64,000 bases of DNA from positions 1 to 64,000 of IMG/VR virus record IMGVR_UViG_3300042543_000618; one strand, 5' to 3'. The position numbers and the translations under genes were made by a program. The notes under the pieces are model-generated. The model searched no databases. It was given only the letters and a program-made list of their open reading frames with translations, and was not told the origin of the DNA. Position 1 is the stretch's first letter. Each line of letters opens with the position of its first letter. The DNA comes from a virus (Duplodnaviria; Caudoviricetes). Below, one piece after another: positions 18,889-27,801 of the stretch.

Positions 18889-19056
18889 CTATGCCGCCTC
18901 TTTCAACGGCCTCAATAACTTCTCCGCCAGTTGTCGCACTTTAGGGGGTGCATCCGGCATTTTTAACACCGCCTCGGCAAGTTGATAGGCAACTTGTTTT
19001 TCCTGCTTGGTTAGCGCGATCGCTAACTCAAGGTTCTGTTTTACCTGGGGGCTCAT
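18889..19056 (-). CDS. Small hypothetical protein (55 aa)
   Basis: Read manually: MSPQVKQNLELAIAL...; ATGA-coupled. Confidence 0.5.
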   Translation of the reverse strand: MSPQVKQNLELAIALTKQEKQVAYQLAEAVLKMPDAPPKVRQLAEKLLRPLKEAA

Positions 19057-19298
19057 AGCTGTTCCTCTGTTTGGGATAGCACCGACTCAGCCAGCTTGCG
19101 TTGATCCGCGGTAGATTCAGTGTCACCAGCATCAGCCAAAGCCAAAGCCAGTGCAGTGATCAAGTTGTCCAAGCTAGAAACCTCTCCCACAGGCTCTAAT
19201 GCTTGTGCTAACGGGCTTTTCCACAAAATGAGACAAGTCAATGCCTGGGTCAAAATTTCACCAGTAGTAGGGCTATTAATCTGTTTTTGGAAGCTCAT
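19053..19298 (-). CDS. Hypothetical protein
   Basis: ATGA-coupled operon member. Confidence 0.55.
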   Translation of the reverse strand: MSFQKQINSPTTGEILTQALTCLILWKSPLAQALEPVGEVSSLDNLITALALALADAGDTESTADQRKLAESVLSQTEEQL

Positions 19299-19516
19299 GG
19301 CTGCTCCTCCACCTGAAACACATCCCCAAAAACAGCCTGCAAATACACCCGGGCCAACTCAGGATCACCTGAATTGCTACCCTGCAACAAAAACATAGCG
19401 AGAGCGGCGTTGACGACGCGATCGCAGTCCCACTCCCGGTGGCTATCGAGGTAGGCCGCGATCGCGGCGGCCACTGGTGGCTTAACGTCTGCCACCATTG
19501 AAATTGGTTCATTCAT
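19295..19516 (-). CDS. DUF2811-family cyanobacterial protein
   Basis: YLDSHREWDCDRVVNAALAMFLLQ...RVYL. Confidence 0.7.
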   Translation of the reverse strand: MNEPISMVADVKPPVAAAIAAYLDSHREWDCDRVVNAALAMFLLQGSNSGDPELARVYLQAVFGDVFQVEEQP

Positions 19517-20034
19517 GCCGTCACCTCAGCATGAATGGACTTGTAGCCGTTGCAAGACAGGTGAGCCTGCCATAGCTGCCGGTAGGGCACCGTACACCGT
19601 TGAGAGGCACAGAACCGGCCCTGGCTGTCTCCGTCACCAGAGTAGACACAGGTGGGACAACCTTTGCCGACCGCCATGGGTTGACGGCTGACGGTATCGA
19701 TGAAGTACTCATCAGCCTCCGCCAGAGTGCGGAATAGGCGGCTATAGCCGGTACATTCAAACTTAAAACGGTAAGTGGCCACTGTCCGCCCCAGGGGAGC
19801 GAAATAACCAAAGTAGCCGTAATCGGCATAGGTATTTTGAAGCCTGCCGTAGTCATAGCCTGCTTGATAATCAGCCAAAATTTTCCGCACCAACACCTTG
19901 GTTAGGGGACGCTGGGCTTGTTGTACTTCTTGGGCGGCTAAGGCAGCGATCGCCAACAGGCTATCGTAAGGCACGCCCTTAAAAGCAGCATGGGTGGCCA
20001 CTTGGGCCAATTTATCTGGAGTAAGTGTAATCAT
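19513..20034 (-). CDS. Hypothetical protein with C-terminal Cys cluster
   Basis: CPTC...C...C...C; coupled. Confidence 0.55.
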   Translation of the reverse strand: MITLTPDKLAQVATHAAFKGVPYDSLLAIAALAAQEVQQAQRPLTKVLVRKILADYQAGYDYGRLQNTYADYGYFGYFAPLGRTVATYRFKFECTGYSRLFRTLAEADEYFIDTVSRQPMAVGKGCPTCVYSGDGDSQGRFCASQRCTVPYRQLWQAHLSCNGYKSIHAEVTA

Positions 20035-20333
20035 AAAAAACTCTCCACAACGGATTGAAATTTGCGGTCAAGTGCCTCTAATGCCTCGTAGGACATCAGC
20101 GACAGTTGACCCATGGGGGATGTACCCTGCAGGCGTTGGATAGCTTCTTCCTCGCTTACACCGTCCTCAAGGACAATGGAGCGCACGGCTACCCGGTAGA
20201 TGTAACCTTCTACCTTGGCGCGGTCTTGATTAAACAATTCCAGTGTCATCTTAAAATTGCACTGGATACGCGCCAAAAAAACGTCAATGCAGTCCACTGG
20301 CGGCCTCCAGGCGATCGCTAAAGGCAGCCTCAT
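20031..20333 (-). CDS. Hypothetical protein
   Basis: Coupled ORF. Confidence 0.5.
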   Translation of the reverse strand: MRLPLAIAWRPPVDCIDVFLARIQCNFKMTLELFNQDRAKVEGYIYRVAVRSIVLEDGVSEEEAIQRLQGTSPMGQLSLMSYEALEALDRKFQSVVESFL

Positions 20334-20372
20334 CTAACGCCTGTCCTAACATGACTGGCACCATAACATCGC

Positions 20373-20783
20373 CTATGCTAGAAAACCCTCCCACCCGGGT
20401 AGTGGGTAGTTTGCCCTCCCGGTGAAATTGGGCAAATTAGCCTTTAACTTTTGCTTGGCTAGTTGCTGAGCCGCAATGTAAGCGTCTTTCTCGCGATCGC
20501 TCATATCGGCATATCGCTTGTAACCACTAGGCACCGCTGAAGCCTTACGCTCTAACTCCTGGCGCACCAGTTGCTTGACGCTGGCCAGTAATTGAGCCGG
20601 GCTTAAAAACGGCTCAGCATAAGCTTTGCCAAACAACTTAACCAGCTCATCAAGCGAACATTGGCGGCAATAGTCAAACAATCGTTCCATGGCATCGTCA
20701 TCAAGCCGAAACTTGCTGCCATGCCAGGTTTGCATTTCCTCCATCAAGGACCGTAGCCCTTCCATGGTTAACTCATCGTCCAT
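20373..20783 (-). CDS. Hypothetical protein, possible helicase loader/inhibitor
   Basis: Directly downstream of the replication initiator; helical, with FLSPA motif. Confidence 0.4.
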   Translation of the reverse strand: MDDELTMEGLRSLMEEMQTWHGSKFRLDDDAMERLFDYCRQCSLDELVKLFGKAYAEPFLSPAQLLASVKQLVRQELERKASAVPSGYKRYADMSDREKDAYIAAQQLAKQKLKANLPNFTGRANYPLPGWEGFLA

Positions 20784-20848
20784 TGGTTCCCCCGTACTAG
20801 ATGTTTATTTACACTAGCATCGCTTAGAGCAAATATGCAACAGCTAGG

Positions 20849-22036
20849 CTAAAAAATAGCGCCGCTCATCAGGCGATCGCGTTCCTGCCTTAGGAATGCG
20901 GCATAGTCAGCGGAGTCCTCCGGCCCTAGCTGGGTTGATAGTTGCTTGCCGGTGCGGGCTTGCCAGTCCTCCGGCAATAGCACCGTCCGCCGTAGCTCCA
21001 TCAGCAACCCCGTAATTTCTACCTGCCCATCGCGTTTTGCTTGGGGGCGAGCGGGTGATTGGAATGCAGGGGCAGGCTGCGATCGCTTGTCGTCCAAGGC
21101 ACTCTCCCATAGTCGGCCAGACAAGAAGCGACAGCAATGGGGAGCGCCATAAACCTTGCCTTTGGCTTTCATCATTCGCAGGGTAAGCTCAAACCACGCC
21201 TGAGTGCCGTCTAGAATCGCCTCTAAAGGCACTCCAGAGGCTATCAGGCTGTCCCATACCTTAATCGCTTCTGGGCGCTTCTGGGTGACCCAGACGTTGC
21301 TTTCAATCGCCTTTAGGTGATCGCGGTAGTCATTCCAAAATTTCGCGAAGGCTTCTGGATGGTGTTGGGCTTCGGTTTTGGTTTTGCCGCCGGCGGCAGA
21401 TTTTTTTCTTGTCCGGGATTTCGGCTGAGAACTAGATTTCTCTGCCTGGCTATCCAGAGGGGTAACGATATCGGCTTCCTGTTTAGCCGGTTCGAGTTCT
21501 TTGGTTTTTGAGATGGAAGCGCGATCGCGTAGCGCGTCAGCGCTACAAAGCGGTTCGATGTCCGGACACTCAGGTATAGAACTTTTTAATAGATCTTGAT
21601 CGATCTCCGGATCTGAATCTGGATCTGTATCTGTATCTGTATCTGGGGGCGTTGCATTAACGTTACTGAAACGTTTCACTCCCGTTTCTTTTGTCGTAGC
21701 TGTAGCTAAACGCTTTTGTTCACGGTGCTTTCGCACTCTTTCGGTGGAGTTGTCAGATTCAAACTGGCGTCTTGCCCAATGGGTGATCTTGATTCCCGTC
21801 TCATCCCAATCGATCATGCCTTTTACTTTGAATTTAGCTTTTAAGGTTTGCCAGTCCTCGACCGGCATTCTGATTTGGTAGGCAATTTCTTCGTCGGTCA
21901 GGTTGTCAATCCTTCCTCGTTCTGAATTGTCTGAAGCAAGGCATAGGAGGATGATGAAAGCCCACTGGTGGTGAGGGGTCATCAATGACAACTTGGGGTC
22001 GCATCTAAATTCACTGTAAAAACGAAACCATTGCAT
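20849..22036 (-). CDS. Phage replication initiator (replisome organizer)
   Basis: MQWFRFYSEF..DPKL N-terminus, W.RRQF.SD.STERVRKHR, DTDTD linker, F..FW..Y C-terminal domain. Confidence 0.8.
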   Translation of the reverse strand: MQWFRFYSEFRCDPKLSLMTPHHQWAFIILLCLASDNSERGRIDNLTDEEIAYQIRMPVEDWQTLKAKFKVKGMIDWDETGIKITHWARRQFESDNSTERVRKHREQKRLATATTKETGVKRFSNVNATPPDTDTDTDPDSDPEIDQDLLKSSIPECPDIEPLCSADALRDRASISKTKELEPAKQEADIVTPLDSQAEKSSSQPKSRTRKKSAAGGKTKTEAQHHPEAFAKFWNDYRDHLKAIESNVWVTQKRPEAIKVWDSLIASGVPLEAILDGTQAWFELTLRMMKAKGKVYGAPHCCRFLSGRLWESALDDKRSQPAPAFQSPARPQAKRDGQVEITGLLMELRRTVLLPEDWQARTGKQLSTQLGPEDSADYAAFLRQERDRLMSGAIF

Positions 22037-22037
22037 G

Positions 22038-22607
22038 TTACAGACCTCCTAGCCATTCTTGTGGTGTGCGAGCGTGTTTTCTGCTGTTGCAGGAGCGGCA
22101 GCAGGTGGCCAAATTGTCTGGCTCATCAGAACCACCCTTGCTGTAGGGAATCACATGGTCAAGGGTTAAATCCTCCGTCGCGCTGCAGTAAACACAGCAA
22201 TACCCATCGCGCTCGAAAACAGCATCTCTGTGTCTCCTGTACGCTCCGTCCCTGTGCAGCGGCGGCAGCCCTTGCTCTCGCCTGGGTAACGACCTGATGT
22301 AGGCGACCCTTTCCGCGATCGCGGGGCAATAAAGGATTCTCTCCGCCCATAGCTGACGGTCTATCAGTCCAACCCCCGCCATGGTGTCGAATACCCGACA
22401 AAGGTCTTGAACGCTTGGGATTTTTAAGTCTTCAGCCAAGTCTTCTAACCAAAGAGAGTCGGCAACAATCTGAAAGCTGCCCTCCTCGGCGTGTAATTTT
22501 TCTAACAATACGCACCATATGCCATAGCCCGCTATACCGTGCTCCCGAAGTAATTTTCGGATTTTGCGGTTGCGAAGCATATTTGTATCATGCTGAAACC
22601 ATTTCAT
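22038..22607 (-). CDS. DUF4373/Lin1244-like domain fused to an HNH endonuclease
   Basis: MKWFQHD..KIRKL...G..GYG; RDGYCCVYC...DHVIP.SKGG....NL...C..CN. Confidence 0.82.
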   Translation of the reverse strand: MKWFQHDTNMLRNRKIRKLLREHGIAGYGIWCVLLEKLHAEEGSFQIVADSLWLEDLAEDLKIPSVQDLCRVFDTMAGVGLIDRQLWAERILYCPAIAERVAYIRSLPRREQGLPPLHRDGAYRRHRDAVFERDGYCCVYCSATEDLTLDHVIPYSKGGSDEPDNLATCCRSCNSRKHARTPQEWLGGL

Positions 22608-22720
22608 GGTAAAATTGCCTCCATTGGTGTTACCTCTACCGGTTGGTTGTTGCTCTAACTGGTGGTTATTGGCAATAAACAACAAAAAGGCGATCGCATA
22701 ACCGGCGATCGCCTTTTTTA

Positions 22721-23119
22721 TTACGCTGCCCCGTCGTAGGTAGCCTTGATGGCCCTAAAGCCTGACTCTATATCCCTAAATGCTCTGGGCAATAAATACT
22801 TCACGGCAAATTGTGGAGGGTTCAGCCCCTCGATCTGAGCGGCTGTCCGGATCGTATCATAGCCCTCCTTGGTAAAGATCAAGGCTAGGTTGGGCTCACC
22901 GGGCTTGCGGGCGATCGCCTTAAATCCTTTACCGTCCGGCCCCGCTTCAATCACCTTCTTTGCCGCTGCCACCAGGATTTTCTCCTGGTAAGCGATCGGC
23001 TTCATGTTCCTTAGTGCGGCAGCGCCCATTACTACCCGGGTATAGCGCCGGGGCAATGCAATCCGTCTGTACTCGGCCATATCATCACCTACAACTAACT
23101 GCGCCCTATTGTAGTGCAA
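22721..23119 (-). CDS. Putative DNA-binding regulator (Cro/RHH-like)
   Basis: Divergent from 23190-23540 and heads the replication operon. Confidence 0.45.
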   Translation of the reverse strand: MHYNRAQLVVGDDMAEYRRIALPRRYTRVVMGAAALRNMKPIAYQEKILVAAAKKVIEAGPDGKGFKAIARKPGEPNLALIFTKEGYDTIRTAAQIEGLNPPQFAVKYLLPRAFRDIESGFRAIKATYDGAA

Positions 23120-23189
23120 ATGTGCTAGGTTTCACATTTTTACAACTGGGGTTTAGAATTGCGATAGACCGGGTGTTACTTGTAGGTAG

Positions 23190-23540
23190 TTGAAAATGGC
23201 TGATGAACGAAAAACGTATGTCACTGATGAGGGCAACCGCAATTTTAAGCGGTTGGTTGATGCTTTAAGAGCAAAACGCGACAATCTGCCCTGGACAGAC
23301 TTTACCCAATGGATAAGCGATCGCTCTGGCATCCCTCTTTCAAAAGACATCCTTTACCGTGGGGGGCGACTGGCGAAGACGCCCGCCTGGATCGTTTTGG
23401 TTGCTCTATCCAGGGTGCCGGAGTTCACTTTCCTTGAGAGTACGGCCCGTCCATCGATAGATGACCTGACAAAAGTGCTGTTAGGTGAGATGGACGTTTA
23501 TGGCCACACCATCAGACGGGAGGCGAACCACAGCTCTTAA
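23190..23540 (+). CDS. Putative HTH repressor
   Basis: W..F..WIS.RSGIPLSKDILYR helix pattern; divergent arrangement. Confidence 0.45.
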   Translation: MKMADERKTYVTDEGNRNFKRLVDALRAKRDNLPWTDFTQWISDRSGIPLSKDILYRGGRLAKTPAWIVLVALSRVPEFTFLESTARPSIDDLTKVLLGEMDVYGHTIRREANHSS

Positions 23541-23898
23541 GAGCAAGGTCAATCCTTCCGTCCACCAGTTTCGTCTCATCAGGGTATAGCTTTTCTAGCC
23601 GTGCTGCATCTACCTTCAGCTCAAACCCTCCCCTGATTTCGACAGAGGTCAGGGGAATTATGTTTTTAGTAATACCAATAATTGCCAAAAGATTATTTGC
23701 AATAAGAGTGCCAACGGTAGCGTTAGCTACATAAAAGTAAATTGTATATCCCCCTTTGGGGTGGCGCTTTAGCTGCATATCACAGCCGGCGGGCACAAGC
23801 GGGCCAAGGTTAGCCGCTATCAGTTGCGCGATCGCGCTTAATGGAGGCGGTGGTAAAAATGCCATAGAAGTAAGTAGAAGTACTGAATCAATTATCAC
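23512..23898 (-). CDS. Hypothetical protein
   Basis: 128 aa, AT-rich. Confidence 0.45.
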   Translation of the reverse strand: MIIDSVLLLTSMAFLPPPPLSAIAQLIAANLGPLVPAGCDMQLKRHPKGGYTIYFYVANATVGTLIANNLLAIIGITKNIIPLTSVEIRGGFELKVDAARLEKLYPDETKLVDGRIDLALKSCGSPPV

Positions 23899-24136
23899 CA
23901 GTTTTGTCTGCCTTGACAGAATCCCTAAGTAATTTCCTGCTAACTAAAATTTTGTTGTACCGTTCCGCAAGGCGATAGACTCCATCCATCCATACGTCGC
24001 GGTGGCCATCGCCATCAGTAACCCCGATCGCTTCAAACAATCGCTGGGCGTCTTCCAGTAAATCCTCGGGGACGTTGATCTTGATTTCTTTCAGTCTCCG
24101 CTTGCTAGCAGGCATCGGTTCTGTGATGGGGAACAT
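23888..24136 (-). CDS. RHH-like protein
   Basis: KEIKINVPEDLLE. Confidence 0.5.
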   Translation of the reverse strand: MFPITEPMPASKRRLKEIKINVPEDLLEDAQRLFEAIGVTDGDGHRDVWMDGVYRLAERYNKILVSRKLLRDSVKADKTGDN

Positions 24137-24252
24137 CTGATTTTACTCCATCGGGGTAGTGCGCCCATTTTAGCGCCTTCTCCCTACTTAACCCCTAGAT
24201 AGGGGGTTGACAGGGAGAATACAACGGAACTACAGTACAGGAGTCCTAGAGC

Positions 24253-24642
24253 GTGGAAGTTCCACGAAGTTCCATGGAAGTAACCGTCACCTACACCTAC
24301 ACCAAACTCAAAGCCTTGCTGGCAGAGAGTTTGAGCCGTGGAAGTATTCCTACTTCCACGCTATCCCGGTGGATGGCAAAACTGGGCTATGAACCTGGTC
24401 AGCCTGGCCGCCGGCGGCAGTGGGATCAGGAGGATGCCCTAGCGCTGGTTTGTTACGGGCAGTGCATGGGCTGGGGTTACACTCACCAAGAAGCCTTGGA
24501 CTATACGCTCAGACAAGTTGAAAAATATCGCTCACATCAGGAGACGAACGATGGCTCTCAATACCGACAAGCTCAACCAACCCCGCAATCCGGGGGCGAC
24601 TGTACCCAACTGTACCCAGTCGGGGCCGACTGTACCCAGTGA
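24253..24642 (+). CDS. MerR/Xis-like winged-helix DNA-binding protein
   Basis: IPTSTLSRWMAKLG.......R.WDQED. Confidence 0.55.
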   Translation: MEVPRSSMEVTVTYTYTKLKALLAESLSRGSIPTSTLSRWMAKLGYEPGQPGRRRQWDQEDALALVCYGQCMGWGYTHQEALDYTLRQVEKYRSHQETNDGSQYRQAQPTPQSGGDCTQLYPVGADCTQ

Positions 24643-24964
24643 GGCAGGTAGCCTTGCCATATCTCACCCCCTTCAGCTAGCGCTAAAGGAACAGCGGGAC
24701 CATGCCCAAGGCATTCAAGAAGCCGCGATCGCGGCTATTGACCGAGTGGCCCATCAGAACGCTGAGTTTTTGGCCGCTGCTATGAGCGGACAGCTGATGT
24801 GGGGGCGTACAGCGCAGTTGCTTCAGGAGCAATTGGAAACGCTCCCAAAGTCCACGGCGGCAGTGGCCCTGGACCTAGAACCACTGCCCGCGTTGTCTTG
24901 GAAGCAAAGCAGGGCAACTTTGAGCCCTTCCTCCGCCTCATCGGTGGATTGCAAGGCTGAATGA
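24551..24964 (+). CDS. Hypothetical protein
   Basis: GGAG RBS before ATG at 24551. Confidence 0.5.
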   Translation: MALNTDKLNQPRNPGATVPNCTQSGPTVPSEAGSLAISHPLQLALKEQRDHAQGIQEAAIAAIDRVAHQNAEFLAAAMSGQLMWGRTAQLLQEQLETLPKSTAAVALDLEPLPALSWKQSRATLSPSSASSVDCKAE

Positions 24965-25035
24965 CTGCTCCAGGCGATCGCGTAGCGCTTTCGTTGCGCG
25001 ATCGCTTTTCTGACTAACACTCACTCAAAAGACCG

Positions 25036-25356
25036 ATGGAAGATAACCAATGCACGGAGTTTGAATACGCGGATGGCACGACTAGCGAGTGCTTGTCTGC
25101 AATAGACATTGAGCAACGTGGGTTGCGCAATTGCGACACCCACGTACAGGTAGATAGCCAGACCTATTGCGCTGGGCAAGAGCCTAGGCAGGCAGAGGTG
25201 CTAGGCATCCCCCAGGGCGCTACGGCGGTTGATACACCGATGGCTGGGCCGGTGTTAGATCCTGGCATTTTGGTCGCTGGTGCCGGGCTTACAGCGGCGG
25301 CATTGTTTGCCATGTCTCGCACCAAAAAGGAGGTAAAGAAAAATGGAAACCGTTGA
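25036..25356 (+). CDS. Membrane-anchored hypothetical protein
   Basis: C-terminal TM followed by a basic tail. Confidence 0.55.
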   Translation: MEDNQCTEFEYADGTTSECLSAIDIEQRGLRNCDTHVQVDSQTYCAGQEPRQAEVLGIPQGATAVDTPMAGPVLDPGILVAGAGLTAAALFAMSRTKKEVKKNGNR

Positions 25357-25897
25357 TGTAAAAGCAATTACCCTCGCTAAGCCACAGGAAAAGCTGGCAA
25401 TCGCCCGCCATGCTTGGGAGCAGTTACCTCCTACAAGGCGCAAAGAGGGGAATCTTGCGGTGTTGCAAAATGCGATCGCTGAAAATCCTGTTGCGTTCCT
25501 TCAACTTTGTCGGCAAGAAGGGTTACCGGTTATCGTGTTCAACCACACAACTGAGCACCACCATCACCACGGCAGCAGCCTTGCCCCTGGGGGCCAGGAA
25601 GGCGGTTTAACCGCCGCTGATGTCCTAGCTATCGTCCAAGCGGCCCAGCCCCCTCAGCAGGCGTCTACAGGCGTCTCTGAGATGATGGCGATGGTGGCCC
25701 AGCAGCAGCAGCGTTCTGATGCGTTGTTAGCGGCCATGATGGCGCAATCGCGGCAACAACCGGCTCCCCATATCGAGATAAACCCTAATATCAGCGTCAA
25801 CGTTGATGTTGATGACAACTATACCCACCCGGGTGGGGTAGTGATTATCGCCGGTCTGTTTTTCGGTATTTTGTTTGCCTGCGTCGCGGGGAAATAA
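25343..25897 (+). CDS. Membrane protein with His-rich linker
   Basis: GGAGG RBS; HHHHH; C-terminal TM. Confidence 0.6.
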   Translation: METVDVKAITLAKPQEKLAIARHAWEQLPPTRRKEGNLAVLQNAIAENPVAFLQLCRQEGLPVIVFNHTTEHHHHHGSSLAPGGQEGGLTAADVLAIVQAAQPPQQASTGVSEMMAMVAQQQQRSDALLAAMMAQSRQQPAPHIEINPNISVNVDVDDNYTHPGGVVIIAGLFFGILFACVAGK

Positions 25898-25900
25898 ATA

Positions 25901-26548
25901 ATGCAGGGTGCGATCGCTTTTTTTTTCTTTCTTGCTTTGGGTGTTGGTACCGCCAAGCTTGCCCAGTGGGATAACGAGCGAGAGCGGATGGAATTGGTCG
26001 CCAAGACAGGCGGGGAGGGGTCGCCTTGGCTAACAAGTCCGTCTATGACTACCGCCAGAGTTGAGGCAAAGAAACCGTCAGTGCGGGCGACTGCCTCTAA
26101 GCAATTCTGGGATGAGCTGGATCGTAGATATTCAAAAGAAGAAGTCGATGAGATCGAGCGTTATCCCTGGACAGGTGTAGACTCACCCGCCGCCGCCCCT
26201 GAGCCCACCCCCCTACATACGCCTGAAACCCTGGTGCAACCAGCATTTCAACCGGTTGTAGCAACTGGTTGTACAACCGGTGGAGCAACCGGTTGTAGTG
26301 AGGTAGAAACACTACCCTCTAGCGAGTGGTTGGAGCAAAACAAATGCTTTTTTCCAGTGCATTTACCGCCTGCTCAAGTTACTAATTACCGCGATCGCAA
26401 AGCGTTGATTGACGCGTCTGTTTGGGTGGAGCGGGCATTAACCGCAGGGGTTAGTCAAAACAAGATCGTCACTGTCGTGTTTGGCCAGTCCAAAGGGACT
26501 GAAAAGTATAACCGTATTGTTTCTTTGATAAAGGACGTTAAATCATGA
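25901..26548 (+). CDS. N-terminally anchored protein with C-terminal HTH-like domain
   Basis: N-terminal TM; AGVSQNKIV..VFG..KG..Y. Confidence 0.55.
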   Translation: MQGAIAFFFFLALGVGTAKLAQWDNERERMELVAKTGGEGSPWLTSPSMTTARVEAKKPSVRATASKQFWDELDRRYSKEEVDEIERYPWTGVDSPAAAPEPTPLHTPETLVQPAFQPVVATGCTTGGATGCSEVETLPSSEWLEQNKCFFPVHLPPAQVTNYRDRKALIDASVWVERALTAGVSQNKIVTVVFGQSKGTEKYNRIVSLIKDVKS

Positions 26549-27120
26549 CCGCGATAGGCCGCAACCCAATGATTAGCCGTAGCCTAAACTACGGCGCATT
26601 AACCATCGCAGGATTGTTAATGTTAACTAACATTCACTACTCGGCGGTAGGCATAGGCGCAGTGGCCGGTGCTGCTGCAACGACAGAATTTACTCCGGTG
26701 GCCGCCCGGGCGGGTATGGAGGGGCTAATCGCCCGTTATGGCAGCGCGGTGGCAACCGATATGCTTTGCCTAGTGATTAGCGGAATTATTTTTCATCCCC
26801 AGGGGTTGCCACTGGCCTATGAAGAGATTAAGCGGCTAAGCAGCGACAATGCGATTAGTCGCTCTTTGGGCACGATCGTTACTATCGGGATCGTGTTGAC
26901 GCTAGGGTATGGCGGTTTTTGGGCGTATTCTTACAACCTAAAAACGTCCATGCTAGCCTTTGGCGTGCCATCACTTTGGGCGGTATCAGCTTTCCCAGTC
27001 TGGCTAAATGTGGTTGGGCCAGAAATTTTCTTCCATGGCACTCACTTTTATGGCCGCCTACTAAAAGGGAACGAAAATGCTAAGATGACGGGGGGGAATA
27101 GTGGGTATAGGCTCGAATGA
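26545..27120 (+). CDS. Multi-pass membrane protein
   Basis: About four hydrophobic segments. Confidence 0.6.
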   Translation: MTAIGRNPMISRSLNYGALTIAGLLMLTNIHYSAVGIGAVAGAAATTEFTPVAARAGMEGLIARYGSAVATDMLCLVISGIIFHPQGLPLAYEEIKRLSSDNAISRSLGTIVTIGIVLTLGYGGFWAYSYNLKTSMLAFGVPSLWAVSAFPVWLNVVGPEIFFHGTHFYGRLLKGNENAKMTGGNSGYRLE

Positions 27121-27311
27121 CACTAATGCGAATACTTGCCGCCATCCAGGCGGCTTTTGAATGGTCAAAGCAAAGACCCCACAGCCTAGGCTATGGGGTC
27201 TTTTTAGTAATGTTGGCGCAATTTCGCGCTGGGGATGTAATTATGCTTGCCGCTGGCCTAGCCGCGATCGCGGGGGGTGCGATCGGCACCTGGCGCTACT
27301 TCAAGACGTAG
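27117..27311 (+). CDS. Small two-TM membrane protein
   Basis: 64 aa, coupled. Confidence 0.5.
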   Translation: MTLMRILAAIQAAFEWSKQRPHSLGYGVFLVMLAQFRAGDVIMLAAGLAAIAGGAIGTWRYFKT

Positions 27312-27801
27312 CTGCTAACATCCCCTCCGCTGTGATCGCTAGCGGGATATGCTCATCCTCGGCCATGGCGCTGAGGGCATTTAGCTGTGCCTCGGTGAAG
27401 CTATAGCTATGGTGGTTCCATAGCGCTATCAAGGGCTCCGGGTCGCCCATCGCCCCACCATTGCGTAAGGTTTGCAGGCGGCCCACCAAGGCAGGGAATA
27501 ACGGGTTAGTGGCCAGGATAGCCAGGATGTCGATGTCGGCCACTAAGCGATCTGCTAGGTTGCCCCAGTTGGGCAGTACTGGCGGGGGTGGAGGCGGGGG
27601 TGGCTCCTGCCAGGTGTTGGTGCCATTGTCCCAGTAGGCGGTATCGCTGGGGCGATCGGGTTTGAACTGAATGGCGGTACCGTCGTAATAGAGATCGTCG
27701 CGGCTAGCGTCTGGCCCCTCGACGGCTAACCATCCACCGGGGGCAAGTGCGATCGTTGATAGCCCAGCAATTTGGCCGGTTTCATCGATTAGGTAAAACA
27801 T
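27301..27801 (-). CDS. Tail fibre assembly/chaperone-like protein
   Basis: Follows the fibre gene; KP.RPS...YWD...W motif. Confidence 0.6.
   Translation of the reverse strand: MFYLIDETGQIAGLSTIALAPGGWLAVEGPDASRDDLYYDGTAIQFKPDRPSDTAYWDNGTNTWQEPPPPPPPPVLPNWGNLADRLVADIDILAILATNPLFPALVGRLQTLRNGGAMGDPEPLIALWNHHSYSFTEAQLNALSAMAEDEHIPLAITAEGMLAATS

Noticed and set aside
21605-21646. TCTGTA/TCTGGA tandem repeat as origin iterons
   Set aside because: Explained by the DTDTDPDSD linker common in phage replication initiators
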